Source: an uncultured Candidatus Poseidoniales archaeon (GTDB lineage: Archaea > Thermoplasmatota > Poseidoniia > Poseidoniales > Thalassarchaeaceae). From it: a stretch of DNA of 24,020 nt. The notes beneath the pieces are model-generated. The model saw nothing but the letters and a program-made list of their open reading frames with translations. It was not told where the DNA came from and did no database searches. The translations under genes were made by a program, and so were the position numbers. Below, piece by piece: positions 1 through 8,374 of the stretch (positions within the stretch are counted from its first letter, which is position 1; every line of letters starts with the position of its first letter). The DNA is taken from contig CAZXZO010000025.1 of the NCBI GenBank assembly GCA_964645485.1, positions 1 to 24,020 of the forward strand. Reading direction: 5' to 3'.

Positions 1-72
1 GACCCTTGTGCTTCTGGACATAAGGTGTCAAATAGCCTGAGATTTTACTTGTTTATATTAAGAAAACAAGAG

Positions 73-411
73 TCATTCGTCTTCTACAATGTCACGTTCC
101 ATCTGCTCGTACAAGGTTGGTTCATCCAGACCTTGTGCAAACAACCAATTTTGATCAATAGAGATAGACCCTCCTACAATCCAATTGACTACCCAAGAAA
201 GAATTAACATACCACCACAAGTCATCATCGGTAAATAAATCAGTATCATAAACCACCACGTTAGATCATAAAAAGGCAGATCATCACCTAGCACGAAATC
301 AGACTCAAACCAGGAGATGCTACACATACAGACAGCTGAAACAACTAGAGTTCTTCTGTTCCACCACCGAAATATCGCGCCTTCATCTCTTCCATCGGTG
401 AAACTTGACAT
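73..411 (-). CDS. Hypothetical small membrane protein (112 aa)
   Basis: ATG at 411, TGA at 73-75. Two hydrophobic segments (TLVVSAVCMCSISW; WWFMILIYLPMMTCGGMLILSWVVNWIVGG) and an acidic tail. TATA-like GGTTAAAC on the minus strand at 441-448, about 30 nt upstream. Confidence 0.7.
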   Translation of the reverse strand: MSSFTDGRDEGAIFRWWNRRTLVVSAVCMCSISWFESDFVLGDDLPFYDLTWWFMILIYLPMMTCGGMLILSWVVNWIVGGSISIDQNWLFAQGLDEPTLYEQMERDIVEDE

Positions 412-506
412 GGATGTTGGTATAGGCCAATTCTATTTCTGTTTAACCTATGTGATAATTAGCTTATCTAGGCCTTGTGGGTCTGAACTCTTGTGAGTTG
501 ACCCAG

Positions 507-515
507 TATATTTAT
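507..515 (+). promoter_or_regulatory. Putative archaeal TATA box for the 539 gene
   Basis: TATATTTAT lies 24-32 nt upstream of the ATG at 539, a spacing consistent with a leaderless archaeal transcript. Confidence 0.45.
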
Positions 516-538
516 GACTTACATCCTCAGGCTAACTC

Positions 539-934
539 ATGGATGAAGGAGCCCCTAATTCTGATTCCCCTAGCCCAACTTTGGGCGATATGGACTCAGT
601 CGATAATTTTCTTAGGCCATCACAAAAAAACAAGATTGTCGGATTTTTGATTGGGTTTTTCCTTCCAATTGTAGTATTGATTGTTGTATTGTTAATCCTG
701 TCAATGCCCTATTTTGCACTTGGTGATACGATTCACGATGAAAATCTTGGATTGGCTTTATTGATTATGGGACTAGGATTATTGTCTTGCCTAATTCTTG
801 TACCTATTACTAGCGCAGTCATTTTAATTAAGTCAAGTAATCCAACTACAGCACGGGGATATGGAGCACTTAGTATACTTGTTATTTGGCTAGTTAGCAT
901 ATTATTCTTATTCTTATTTTTAATGACCTTCTAA
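539..934 (+). CDS. Hypothetical membrane protein (131 aa, about 3 TM)
   Basis: Polar N-terminus followed by three long hydrophobic stretches. Divergent from the 73-411 gene. Confidence 0.75.
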   Translation: MDEGAPNSDSPSPTLGDMDSVDNFLRPSQKNKIVGFLIGFFLPIVVLIVVLLILSMPYFALGDTIHDENLGLALLIMGLGLLSCLILVPITSAVILIKSSNPTTARGYGALSILVIWLVSILFLFLFLMTF

Positions 935-997
935 GTTGATGAAATACAATTTCATTTCCTTGTGAGTCTAAACCCCTGAAGTAAGGGCCTCATCCAT

Positions 998-2299
998 TCA
1001 TTTTGAACCATTAACGCCAATCAATTCTAAATCCACCATGACTGCGTTGTGATCGGTTATGTCTAGATCAATACAATTGATGACATGGTAGGAATCCGGC
1101 TTAAACTTCAATCCACATGACTCGCCTAACAGGATGTAATCAACTCGTGTCCTATAGGGCGTTGTTGCCTTGAATTCTTGAGATTTACCTGTATCGAGCA
1201 TCCCATGATGACAGGTAAGTTGGTCCATGACATCCCATCGTGGCGGACTTTTGTTTGCATCCTCTCTTGATTGACGTAAGTATGCCAACCCTACTCCGTG
1301 ATAATCAGATTCGGTGTGGGAGTTGAGATCTCCAACCAAAACTGAATCAGATAATCCAATCAATTCATCGAGCAGGCTCACTTGTTCCAATCTCGAAGCT
1401 TCATCACTGACCTCGAGGTGAGTACCAATCAAACGAATCGTGGTGGACTTTGAGAATGAAACTTCTGCCACAACCGCTGACCGCACCTCACTAGGTCTAC
1501 AACTCAATGGTACAGGTTCAGAATTAATCAAATTTAAGGTGCGAGTTAAGATTCCGTTACCCCAATAATCTGCATCAGCGTATGCGGAGTCATTACAACT
1601 TAGACGCTCCCCTAATTCCTGAAATGCCTCCTCCCCACATTCTGTGAGTACGATGATCTCCGCCTCTGAGTCATTGATAATTTCAAGGATGTTATCAAGT
1701 TCAATCGAACCGGGTAATGGATTGAACACATTGAGCGTGAATATCCTGATGGTTGGCGTGAATCGCTGACCTGCGTTCCTGATGGCCCAGTATTCTTGGT
1801 TGTCGTTTTCAATCGCCCCAGGTCTTACGTTCCTTACCTCTGCTATTGCTTCATGTCCAGAGCGTCCAAAGTGGGTTAACAGCCATGCTGCTATTGTGCC
1901 AGCTCTTCCAAGACCACCCTTGCAGTGAATGAAAATAGAATCTCCCGCCTCAACTCGTTGGAGCACGTCCATAAGCACGGTATAATTGGCATGTGTAGGC
2001 GTTGATTGATCCACGATAGGTGACCATAACCAGTCCATTCCAGAATCACGCACTGCCTCAGATTGGAGGTCCTCAACCTTCAACTCCTGAAACTCAAAAT
2101 CCTCTATAAGAGTAAGAACTACATCGTAATTGAGTGATTGAATGACTTCCAAATCGGTTTCTAGGTTTCGCTTCCATGGCCCACTCATCGCGTGAGGCTG
2201 GGTTTTTCCGGGACAGAAACTTAATCCAATTTTTATATTTTTAGGAAGTAGAATTTCAGCAACTAAAAGAGGGTGTGATTGGGACGTTTTCCATTTCAT
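998..2299 (-). CDS. Fusion of a CDKN3-like/dual-specificity (CX5R) phosphatase and an endonuclease/exonuclease/phosphatase (EEP) domain
   Basis: N-terminal half: GLSFCPGK...W.RNLETDL and the P-loop HCKGGLGRAG. C-terminal half has the EEP motifs in order: FTLNV, VLTEC, GTHL, VGDLN, RVDYIL, TDHNAV. SD GGAGGAG upstream; the start overlaps the upstream stop (ATGA, 2296-2299). Confidence 0.88.
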   Translation of the reverse strand: MKWKTSQSHPLLVAEILLPKNIKIGLSFCPGKTQPHAMSGPWKRNLETDLEVIQSLNYDVVLTLIEDFEFQELKVEDLQSEAVRDSGMDWLWSPIVDQSTPTHANYTVLMDVLQRVEAGDSIFIHCKGGLGRAGTIAAWLLTHFGRSGHEAIAEVRNVRPGAIENDNQEYWAIRNAGQRFTPTIRIFTLNVFNPLPGSIELDNILEIINDSEAEIIVLTECGEEAFQELGERLSCNDSAYADADYWGNGILTRTLNLINSEPVPLSCRPSEVRSAVVAEVSFSKSTTIRLIGTHLEVSDEASRLEQVSLLDELIGLSDSVLVGDLNSHTESDYHGVGLAYLRQSREDANKSPPRWDVMDQLTCHHGMLDTGKSQEFKATTPYRTRVDYILLGESCGLKFKPDSYHVINCIDLDITDHNAVMVDLELIGVNGSK

Positions 2300-2628
2300 A
2301 CTAACTCCTCCCTTAGGACCGTATCATCAAAACTCACCCTGCAGTATCTAATTCTAAACTGTCTCGGTGTTTCACCATCCTTCAATTGAACCTCTCTAAC
2401 TTCACCAATATGCTCTTGAGCATCTTGTATAATATTTGGGTAAACATTTCTTATCCATTCGCCATATTTTGAGCCCATATTGTCCGCAGATATCTTATTT
2501 TTTTGCAATAATGCTCTGGTGATTTGATTCTCAGCAGCATATACTGCACCTTGAGGGGTTGATTTAGGTCTAGTAATGGGGAAGTTACCAATGAAAGTTG
2601 CTGCGATGTACATCCTAATTCCGGTCAT
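2296..2628 (-). CDS. Hypothetical protein (110 aa)
   Basis: SD GAGGTG, ATG directly after the upstream TGA (2629-2631), and its stop overlaps the start of the phosphatase fusion. No family recognised. Confidence 0.75.
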   Translation of the reverse strand: MTGIRMYIAATFIGNFPITRPKSTPQGAVYAAENQITRALLQKNKISADNMGSKYGEWIRNVYPNIIQDAQEHIGEVREVQLKDGETPRQFRIRYCRVSFDDTVLREELV

Positions 2629-3081
2629 TCAAGCCACCTCCATACCATATTTATCCAGTGAAGCCTGTGCTGCCTCCTTCACCCTGGAGGGTTTTTCACT
2701 CTTATCGTCTCGACCTACCGTATCTTTCTCTGCATCATCTTTAGCCCCAAGTACCGCTTTTTTCATTGGGGTAATGATAACAATTGGATCTATTTCAAAT
2801 TCAATATTCGCACATTTGAATTGCTCTAGAGCAACACTAAGGCAATACCATGCACCAGGGTCATCAAATAGCCTAATGCAACGAACCTTTTTCTCAGACA
2901 CTATTTGTAAAGTGACGCCATTTCCTTCGTTGTGGATATCACCTTTATTATAATGTTCAATTACGGCATACACCCATTTTTTACTTTCTTCATTCGCTGC
3001 CAACGCCATGTGCTCTTGGCTCAGTTTTGGCATGCGATCTTCAACACTCCCTTCATCTATATATTTTTCATTTTCACTCAT
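2629..3081 (-). CDS. Hypothetical protein (150 aa from MSENEKY)
   Basis: Start moved from the track's 3114 to the ATG at 3081, which has an SD-like GGGAAGTGA upstream. First gene of a three-gene coupled operon. No family recognised. Confidence 0.72.
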   Translation of the reverse strand: MSENEKYIDEGSVEDRMPKLSQEHMALAANEESKKWVYAVIEHYNKGDIHNEGNGVTLQIVSEKKVRCIRLFDDPGAWYCLSVALEQFKCANIEFEIDPIVIITPMKKAVLGAKDDAEKDTVGRDDKSEKPSRVKEAAQASLDKYGMEVA

Positions 3082-3258
3082 TTTTTCACTTCCCTTTTTC
3101 CTTGCTAATTTCATATTTTAATCTCAGTTTGTATATATTTTTTTTGAAATTTTTATTGTATCCTTTTGTTATGAGTTATTTCGTTCTTGGTTTGATTGTT
3201 TTTCACAATGTTCCAGTTCCCATCCATTATTACATACAAGTGGGTTATTAATAAACCA

Positions 3259-3281
3259 ACCGCCCCCCGAAGGGGGGCGGT
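3259..3281. repeat. Perfect GC-rich inverted repeat (10-bp stem, GAA loop)
   Basis: ACCGCCCCCC-GAA-GGGGGGCGGT read directly, embedded in very AT-rich sequence. Function not determined. Confidence 0.9.
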
Positions 3282-3343
3282 GAAATAATAGTATGTTGAA
3301 TCATAATTAACCCCTTAATTTTGATTATTTCGTTTACAATTTA

Positions 3344-3424
3344 CAATCCATTGTCGGTATAAATATATTCTAAAATAAAGCCTGTCGGCCCTCTCTAACT
3401 TCCAATCCAATGTCGGTTTAAATA
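3344..3424. repeat. 22-bp imperfect direct repeat, each copy ending in a TATA-like octamer
   Basis: CAATCCATTGTCGGTATAAATA (3344-3365) versus CAATCCAATGTCGGTTTAAATA (3403-3424): 20/22 identical, 59 nt apart. A third TGTCGG core lies at 3383-3388. Confidence 0.8.
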
Positions 3425-3505
3425 CTAAATTATTTTCCTGCGAATAATTGAAATAGACAACTGATTGAGTTCACTTGATGGCAGTGGCCGTTAGGTGGAA
3501 TTGAA

Positions 3506-5029
3506 TTGCAACGAGCAGATATAAGAAGAAATGAAGAAGAGACGGCGGTAAGCCCTGTGATAGCGACCATTCTGATGGTTGCAATCACGGTTGTACTTGC
3601 GGGTGTCCTGTATGTGTGGGCTAACAGTCTAGCCAGTGAAGGTACCGACACCTCAGTGGGCACACTGAATACTTACACCACCGAGGATGCTGATGATGAA
3701 ACTGGTCCTGGAGCAGATGACACATTGGTCAGAATGCAAGTAACGGGCAAGGATGACTTGGCTTGGTCATTCATCAAAATCACATTATCAGTTGGCGATA
3801 ATGTCTACACTTGTAGCGTTGTTGCTGGTGATGATTGTGAGATCAATCAAGCGGCTGGTGACAACGATAATGCTTGGGAACCAGGGGAGTATCTCTTCCT
3901 CTCAGAAGGAACTGAGGACATTTGTACCGAGGCTGAATGTTTACTTGAGATATCTGTGACCTACAACGGACGCACACTTGCTGGCGATGGAGTTAGTGGA
4001 CAAGGCGGTAATACGGGCAGTAATACAGGTGGCAGTACTGGCGGCGCAGTTAGTTATACTGTTGTGACGATAGATGATGAAGGTAACACACTCTACAGCT
4101 CTGGCGCTCAATCATGGGCATCAGGAGACGTGTTACCATTTGATTCGGGTGGCTATGCTCCCGACTTGGAGTATGGTGAAGGCAAGTTTGTGACCACTTC
4201 TAACGATGGCAACGACATGTACTTCGCTTACTCTAGTGATGGTGATACATGGACTGAGGATAAAATCACAAAGAGTTACTACAATTACAACAGCCTCGCT
4301 TATGGTAATGGCATGTTTGTTTCCGCAGGACAGGGTTCTGGTGGTTGGGTAATGTACAAGTCAACTGATGGCATGTCTTGGACCAATACACAGGATGATG
4401 TGAGTTCTAATTCAGGAACAGCATGGCTCTCTTGTACAATGTATGGAGAGGGGACCTTCGTATCTATTGCTAGTTCTGGGGCGGTGTATTCTACTGATGG
4501 AGAGAACTGGGATACAGCGACCAATTCACCTTCAGGATATATCGTTCATCCTGATTCCTGTGCTTATGCAGACGGCAAATTTTGGGCTGTTAAGAAGAGT
4601 GCAGGGGGTAGCGGGCCTTGGATAGTTGCTCAATCTGATGATGGAACTGATTGGTCATCCGAATCATTTGACAAGATTTCTTGCAGTTATTCTGGTTGTG
4701 GTGTAATGAAGCGCCTAATCCATGATGGAAATCAATTTATTGCAACTGACGGGGGTAGTGGAGGAAGTGAAACTGATTCTCGGGGAGTATATTCAAGTGA
4801 TGGGGAAACATGGACAACATTCTACAACCCAATGTATACTGGTGCTACAATGACTTATGTTGATGGAACCTATGTTCTTGCAGGGATGATTGATGGTACT
4901 GTAGGAGGTTCACAAGAACACTATAATGCAATCTATACGAGTACAGATCTATCAACTTGGACTTTACAATATCAGAGTGGTGATGTGGGTTGTTGTGGTG
5001 ATAAATCAATTGCAACTTCTTTAGATTAA
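3506..5029 (+). CDS. Archaeal type IV pilin-like protein (class III signal peptide) with a C-terminal Asp-box/BNR-like repeat domain
   Basis: TTG start with SD AGGTGGA. N-terminus AVSPVIATILMVAITVVLAGVLYVWA is typical of archaeal pilin/archaellin N-domains. A Cys-containing core and Gly-rich linker precede six S-x-D-G/L-x-x-W repeats. Confidence 0.85.
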   Translation: MQRADIRRNEEETAVSPVIATILMVAITVVLAGVLYVWANSLASEGTDTSVGTLNTYTTEDADDETGPGADDTLVRMQVTGKDDLAWSFIKITLSVGDNVYTCSVVAGDDCEINQAAGDNDNAWEPGEYLFLSEGTEDICTEAECLLEISVTYNGRTLAGDGVSGQGGNTGSNTGGSTGGAVSYTVVTIDDEGNTLYSSGAQSWASGDVLPFDSGGYAPDLEYGEGKFVTTSNDGNDMYFAYSSDGDTWTEDKITKSYYNYNSLAYGNGMFVSAGQGSGGWVMYKSTDGMSWTNTQDDVSSNSGTAWLSCTMYGEGTFVSIASSGAVYSTDGENWDTATNSPSGYIVHPDSCAYADGKFWAVKKSAGGSGPWIVAQSDDGTDWSSESFDKISCSYSGCGVMKRLIHDGNQFIATDGGSGGSETDSRGVYSSDGETWTTFYNPMYTGATMTYVDGTYVLAGMIDGTVGGSQEHYNAIYTSTDLSTWTLQYQSGDVGCCGDKSIATSLD

Positions 5030-5080
5030 TCTGAACAATAAAACAGGTGAAATGAAATACCTCATGACAAACGTGAGGTT

Positions 5081-5323
5081 ATGGGATTTATTCAGAAATG
5101 GTTCGGGTTCAATGGATGGAAGGCTCTATCCACAAAGGGGAGTGTGTTCGCAACAATTCTGTATCGCATTTTGTTCGTAGTTGGTTTGGCTGCAGCCATT
5201 ATCACTTACTCTTAGATTTCAGGAGGCGAAGATCCTTCCATTATTTGGATTGCTATAGTGGGGATATTTTGGTTCCTTATCTTCCAATTTTCCATCAATC
5301 TGATATTTGTGAACAGTTCTTAG
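5081..5323 (+). pseudogene. 80-codon two-TM membrane protein gene with an in-frame TAG at codon 45 (5213-5215); not in the ORF track
   Basis: SD GTGAGG (5073-5078) and ATG at 5081. Hand translation: MGFIQKWFGFNGWKALSTKGSVFATILYRILFVVGLAAAIITYS*ISGGEDPSIIWIAIVGIFWFLIFQFSINLIFVNSS*. The frame stays protein-like, with a second TM segment after the stop. Confidence 0.75.
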
Positions 5324-5408
5324 TCAATAGAATAAATTTCTGATATAGTCACACTTTATCCAGACCTTGTAGGCCTAAAACCAGGATGCTCGATTTTATT
5401 CAACAGCA

Positions 5409-6437
5409 CTACTCGTTACTAGGCGAATAAACACCATCCGGAGCGTTTTGAGGCAACTTGTATTGTGCGTCAGTTATCAGTGCGAACATCAGTGTATCCA
5501 TACTCTCTAACAAATCTCTTGAACATGGCTCCCATTCATTTGCAATCCCATCACAAGTTGCAGCGTCATTGAGAATACCCATGTTAGTGACCTGAGCCCA
5601 GTACACATACTCTATTGCCATGCATTCGTAATCGCAAGTCTCGTCATCGTAGTGATACCATGCCTCCTCAGGATAACTGGAAGGGTGTGTGACAAATTGA
5701 CCACCTCGTGCTTCGTCCATCGCTTCGGTCAACAGGGATGAATCTGGCTCAAGGCCAAAAGCGTCGGGATAAATGTAGACATGACCTCGGTGATTGATTG
5801 TGTGCATAATTTCCTCAACAGTGGCATCATAACCCCAGTGTCCCGGTTGACTCGCATCAACCTCATCAGCAAATAACACTGCACTAGCGCCTTCTCCGCG
5901 ATATTCCTTCTCAAAAACGTAGTATCCTAACGACCTATCATGATTGAACATTGGAATTATTGCATTTACTTCTTGAAGTCTGGTGAGTAATGCAGCATCA
6001 TCGGCAACTCCATCCTCATCGTTGTCAAGTAATTCGCCAAGAACGGAGGCCGCGTGGAGGACCTGTGCATCGGTTAGCCCTGACTCTGCGTATATCCCCA
6101 AACCAAAGACTTCAACATACTTAGTAAGGCAATACATTCCGGGAACTTCGCGATTCGGGTTTTCTTTGATTTCAAAGTAAGAAGAATTAGAACCTATTTC
6201 ATCATTTGAATCCTGAGACCCTTCACATGCACCTGGATCGGTTCCGTAATGACCAAGGTCTTCAATTGACAATATGTAATCAACGAGTAAAAATCCTCCG
6301 AGAATTATACCGAGTAGGATAAATGCGAGTATGGCGACTCTCCCATTTTTTTTGAGGGCCGGCACGATTCGACCGGGTCGAAACTCACTACCTCTAACTG
6401 TTGTGGGGTGAGATGGATTGGTTGGTGATTGTTTCAT
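5409..6437 (-). CDS. Membrane-anchored hypothetical protein with a zincin-like EExxHxxxH motif (putative metallopeptidase)
   Basis: One N-terminal TM (VAILAFILLGIILGGFLLV) and the motif DATVEEIMHTINHRG, followed by Cys/Glu-rich YECMAIEYVYW. The functional call is tentative. Confidence 0.7.
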   Translation of the reverse strand: MKQSPTNPSHPTTVRGSEFRPGRIVPALKKNGRVAILAFILLGIILGGFLLVDYILSIEDLGHYGTDPGACEGSQDSNDEIGSNSSYFEIKENPNREVPGMYCLTKYVEVFGLGIYAESGLTDAQVLHAASVLGELLDNDEDGVADDAALLTRLQEVNAIIPMFNHDRSLGYYVFEKEYRGEGASAVLFADEVDASQPGHWGYDATVEEIMHTINHRGHVYIYPDAFGLEPDSSLLTEAMDEARGGQFVTHPSSYPEEAWYHYDDETCDYECMAIEYVYWAQVTNMGILNDAATCDGIANEWEPCSRDLLESMDTLMFALITDAQYKLPQNAPDGVYSPSNE

Positions 6438-6544
6438 GTCTATGTTTGCTTGAATTCAATCATGGCAATAAACTCATTCCCGACATCGTTCATTTTTCCA
6501 TTTTAATTTCTAATTTAATCTGGACGCTTGGAGTCTGAAAGCGT

Positions 6545-8155
6545 TTATGTTTCGCCGGCAGAGCCATCGGATTTTTCCCAATCTGGAATTGATGGGTCTT
6601 GATTAGCCCACAATACATCATCTATTCTAAGCACAGATACTGCTGCTTCCATAGCACCTGAAATCGCATTCAGGCTAACTGCTAACGGCTCAATTATACC
6701 AGCATCATACATTGATTCTGTCTCACCTGAATACATATTGAGGCCAATCCAATCTCCTCCTTTTTCTTGTGCTGCATTGAGTTTGAGCACCTCATCAAGA
6801 GGAGAAAGTCCAGCATTCTCAGCGAGGATTCTTGGAATAGATTCTAGTGCGCCAGAAAATGCCTCGATTGCTAATTGTTCTCGTCCAGGGACAGTTGGTG
6901 CAATCTTTCGCAAGTGGCGCGCTAAAGCCATCTGAGTTGCGCCGCCACCTGGCAAAATTCGTGGGTCCCTTACAAGGCCACAGGCAACTCCTGATGCATC
7001 ATCAAAGCCTCGGGAGACTTCGTCAATCCGTGTCTTAGTAGTACCGCGAACAACCAAAGTAAGACCTCCTTTTTCGCTACCGATGAGTTGCATCTGTGAG
7101 ACACCGTTCCAATCCTGGGTGTTGAGTGAAGCGAAGTTTCCAAGGTCTTCACTCTTGGCTAAAGTGGGCTCATGAACTATCAAAGCACCAGTGGTTCGGG
7201 CCAATAATTCTAGGTCCGGCTTCTCAATTCTACGGTAGGCTGTAATCCCTGCATCAAGTAACATGCCACGAGCATCATCATCTATTCCATCACGCGCACA
7301 TAGAAGGTTACAGCCAGTTGCTGCAATGACATCTACGCGATTTCTAATGTCCTCAATCTCTTGAGCATTGAGGGCTGATGTCATACCAATATCAGTAACT
7401 TTGAGACTGATTTCAAGGTCGGGTTTACGGCGACTTATTCCGCCATCAAGAATGAGGATTTTACCACCATCTGGGAACATCTGCATTTCAGGGTGAATGG
7501 GCTCTTTTGCAATCACCAATCCCGACACTAATTCGCTTTCTGTACTAGGCCGCCCCTGATCATTTACCTTCTTGACTAAAGTTGAGTCTGCCTCAATTTT
7601 ACCATTAGCCTCCGTTGCTAGTGCTGTCGCCGCAGAAACTGCTAGTTGTGATAGGTGCCTGCGAACTCCCTCGTCTGATTTACCTGATAGTGAAGTCATT
7701 ACTGAGCGAAGTGAATCTTCTTCAGTTGCTTCTTTTGAAATCTCTTGGAGGTGCTCCATTGCTTCCTTACTTGCCAATCGGTATCCTTTCTCAACAAGTG
7801 TAGGATGAACTCCCATCTCTATCAATTCCAATGCATTTTGAAGTAATTCTGCAGTCAAAATAACCGTACTTGTTGTGCCATCTCCTGCCTCTCTATCTTG
7901 GGCACTTGATTGTGCAATCAACATCTTGGCGGTTGGATGCTCAACCTTAGCGGTTTCAAGCACTGTGACACCGTCATTGGTGACAGTAAGCGCTCCCTCA
8001 CCGCTGACTAACATCTTGTCAAGACCCTTCGGACCTAAGGTGCTACGGACTGCATCTGCCAATGCAGAGGCTGCAGCAACGTTGTTGCGCAATGCTACGC
8101 GACCCTGTGAACGCTCGGTCTCACTGAGTAGAGACTCGTGCTCTTGAGTTACCAT
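6545..8155 (-). CDS. ths: Thermosome subunit (group II chaperonin, Cpn60/TCP-1 family)
   Basis: Motifs STLGPKGLDKML, TNDGVTVL, GDGTTSTV, PGGGA, GIIEP and RIDD. ATG at 8155 preferred over TTG at 8158. Subunit identity (alpha/beta/other) is not assignable by eye. Confidence 0.95.
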   Translation of the reverse strand: MVTQEHESLLSETERSQGRVALRNNVAAASALADAVRSTLGPKGLDKMLVSGEGALTVTNDGVTVLETAKVEHPTAKMLIAQSSAQDREAGDGTTSTVILTAELLQNALELIEMGVHPTLVEKGYRLASKEAMEHLQEISKEATEEDSLRSVMTSLSGKSDEGVRRHLSQLAVSAATALATEANGKIEADSTLVKKVNDQGRPSTESELVSGLVIAKEPIHPEMQMFPDGGKILILDGGISRRKPDLEISLKVTDIGMTSALNAQEIEDIRNRVDVIAATGCNLLCARDGIDDDARGMLLDAGITAYRRIEKPDLELLARTTGALIVHEPTLAKSEDLGNFASLNTQDWNGVSQMQLIGSEKGGLTLVVRGTTKTRIDEVSRGFDDASGVACGLVRDPRILPGGGATQMALARHLRKIAPTVPGREQLAIEAFSGALESIPRILAENAGLSPLDEVLKLNAAQEKGGDWIGLNMYSGETESMYDAGIIEPLAVSLNAISGAMEAAVSVLRIDDVLWANQDPSIPDWEKSDGSAGET

Positions 8156-8180
8156 CAACCAAGCCGAGAGACGGGGGTGT

Positions 8181-8187
8181 CTTAAGG
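8181..8187 (-). promoter_or_regulatory. Putative TATA box of the thermosome gene
   Basis: CCTTAAG on the minus strand, about 26-32 nt upstream of the ATG at 8155. Confidence 0.35.
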
Positions 8188-8307
8188 CCGATGGAGGCGG
8201 GAGCGTGGGGTGAATTAACCATCATCAGCAGCCAAAATTGTCAATGATTTAGATATTTGACTTGTGAATTCTGTATGTTACATACTTGATGCGCGAATTT
8301 GGTGAAT

Positions 8308-8324
8308 CAAAAGGGTTCATATAT
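8308..8324 (+). promoter_or_regulatory. Putative BRE/TATA promoter of the hsp20-like-dnaK operon
   Basis: Purine-rich CAAAAGGG followed by TTCATATAT (8316-8324), about 50 nt upstream of the ATG at 8375. Confidence 0.5.
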
Positions 8325-8374
8325 GGCGGGCCATTCGCACTATACAACCACAGGTTAACAAGTGAGTGTTCGGC

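Noticed and set aside
939-955. ATGAAAT-ACA-ATTTCAT inverted repeat between convergent genes
   Set aside because: Short and AT-only. It could be part of a terminator but cannot be supported.
2576-2953. Antisense and alternative-frame ORFs here and over thermosome, dnaK, the paralogs and pepA
   Set aside because: They lie wholly opposite or within well-supported genes and have the composition typical of shadow ORFs.
5098-5343. 81-aa ORF from the track
   Set aside because: Shadow frame with implausible composition. The overlapping frame from 5081 has an SD and membrane-protein character.
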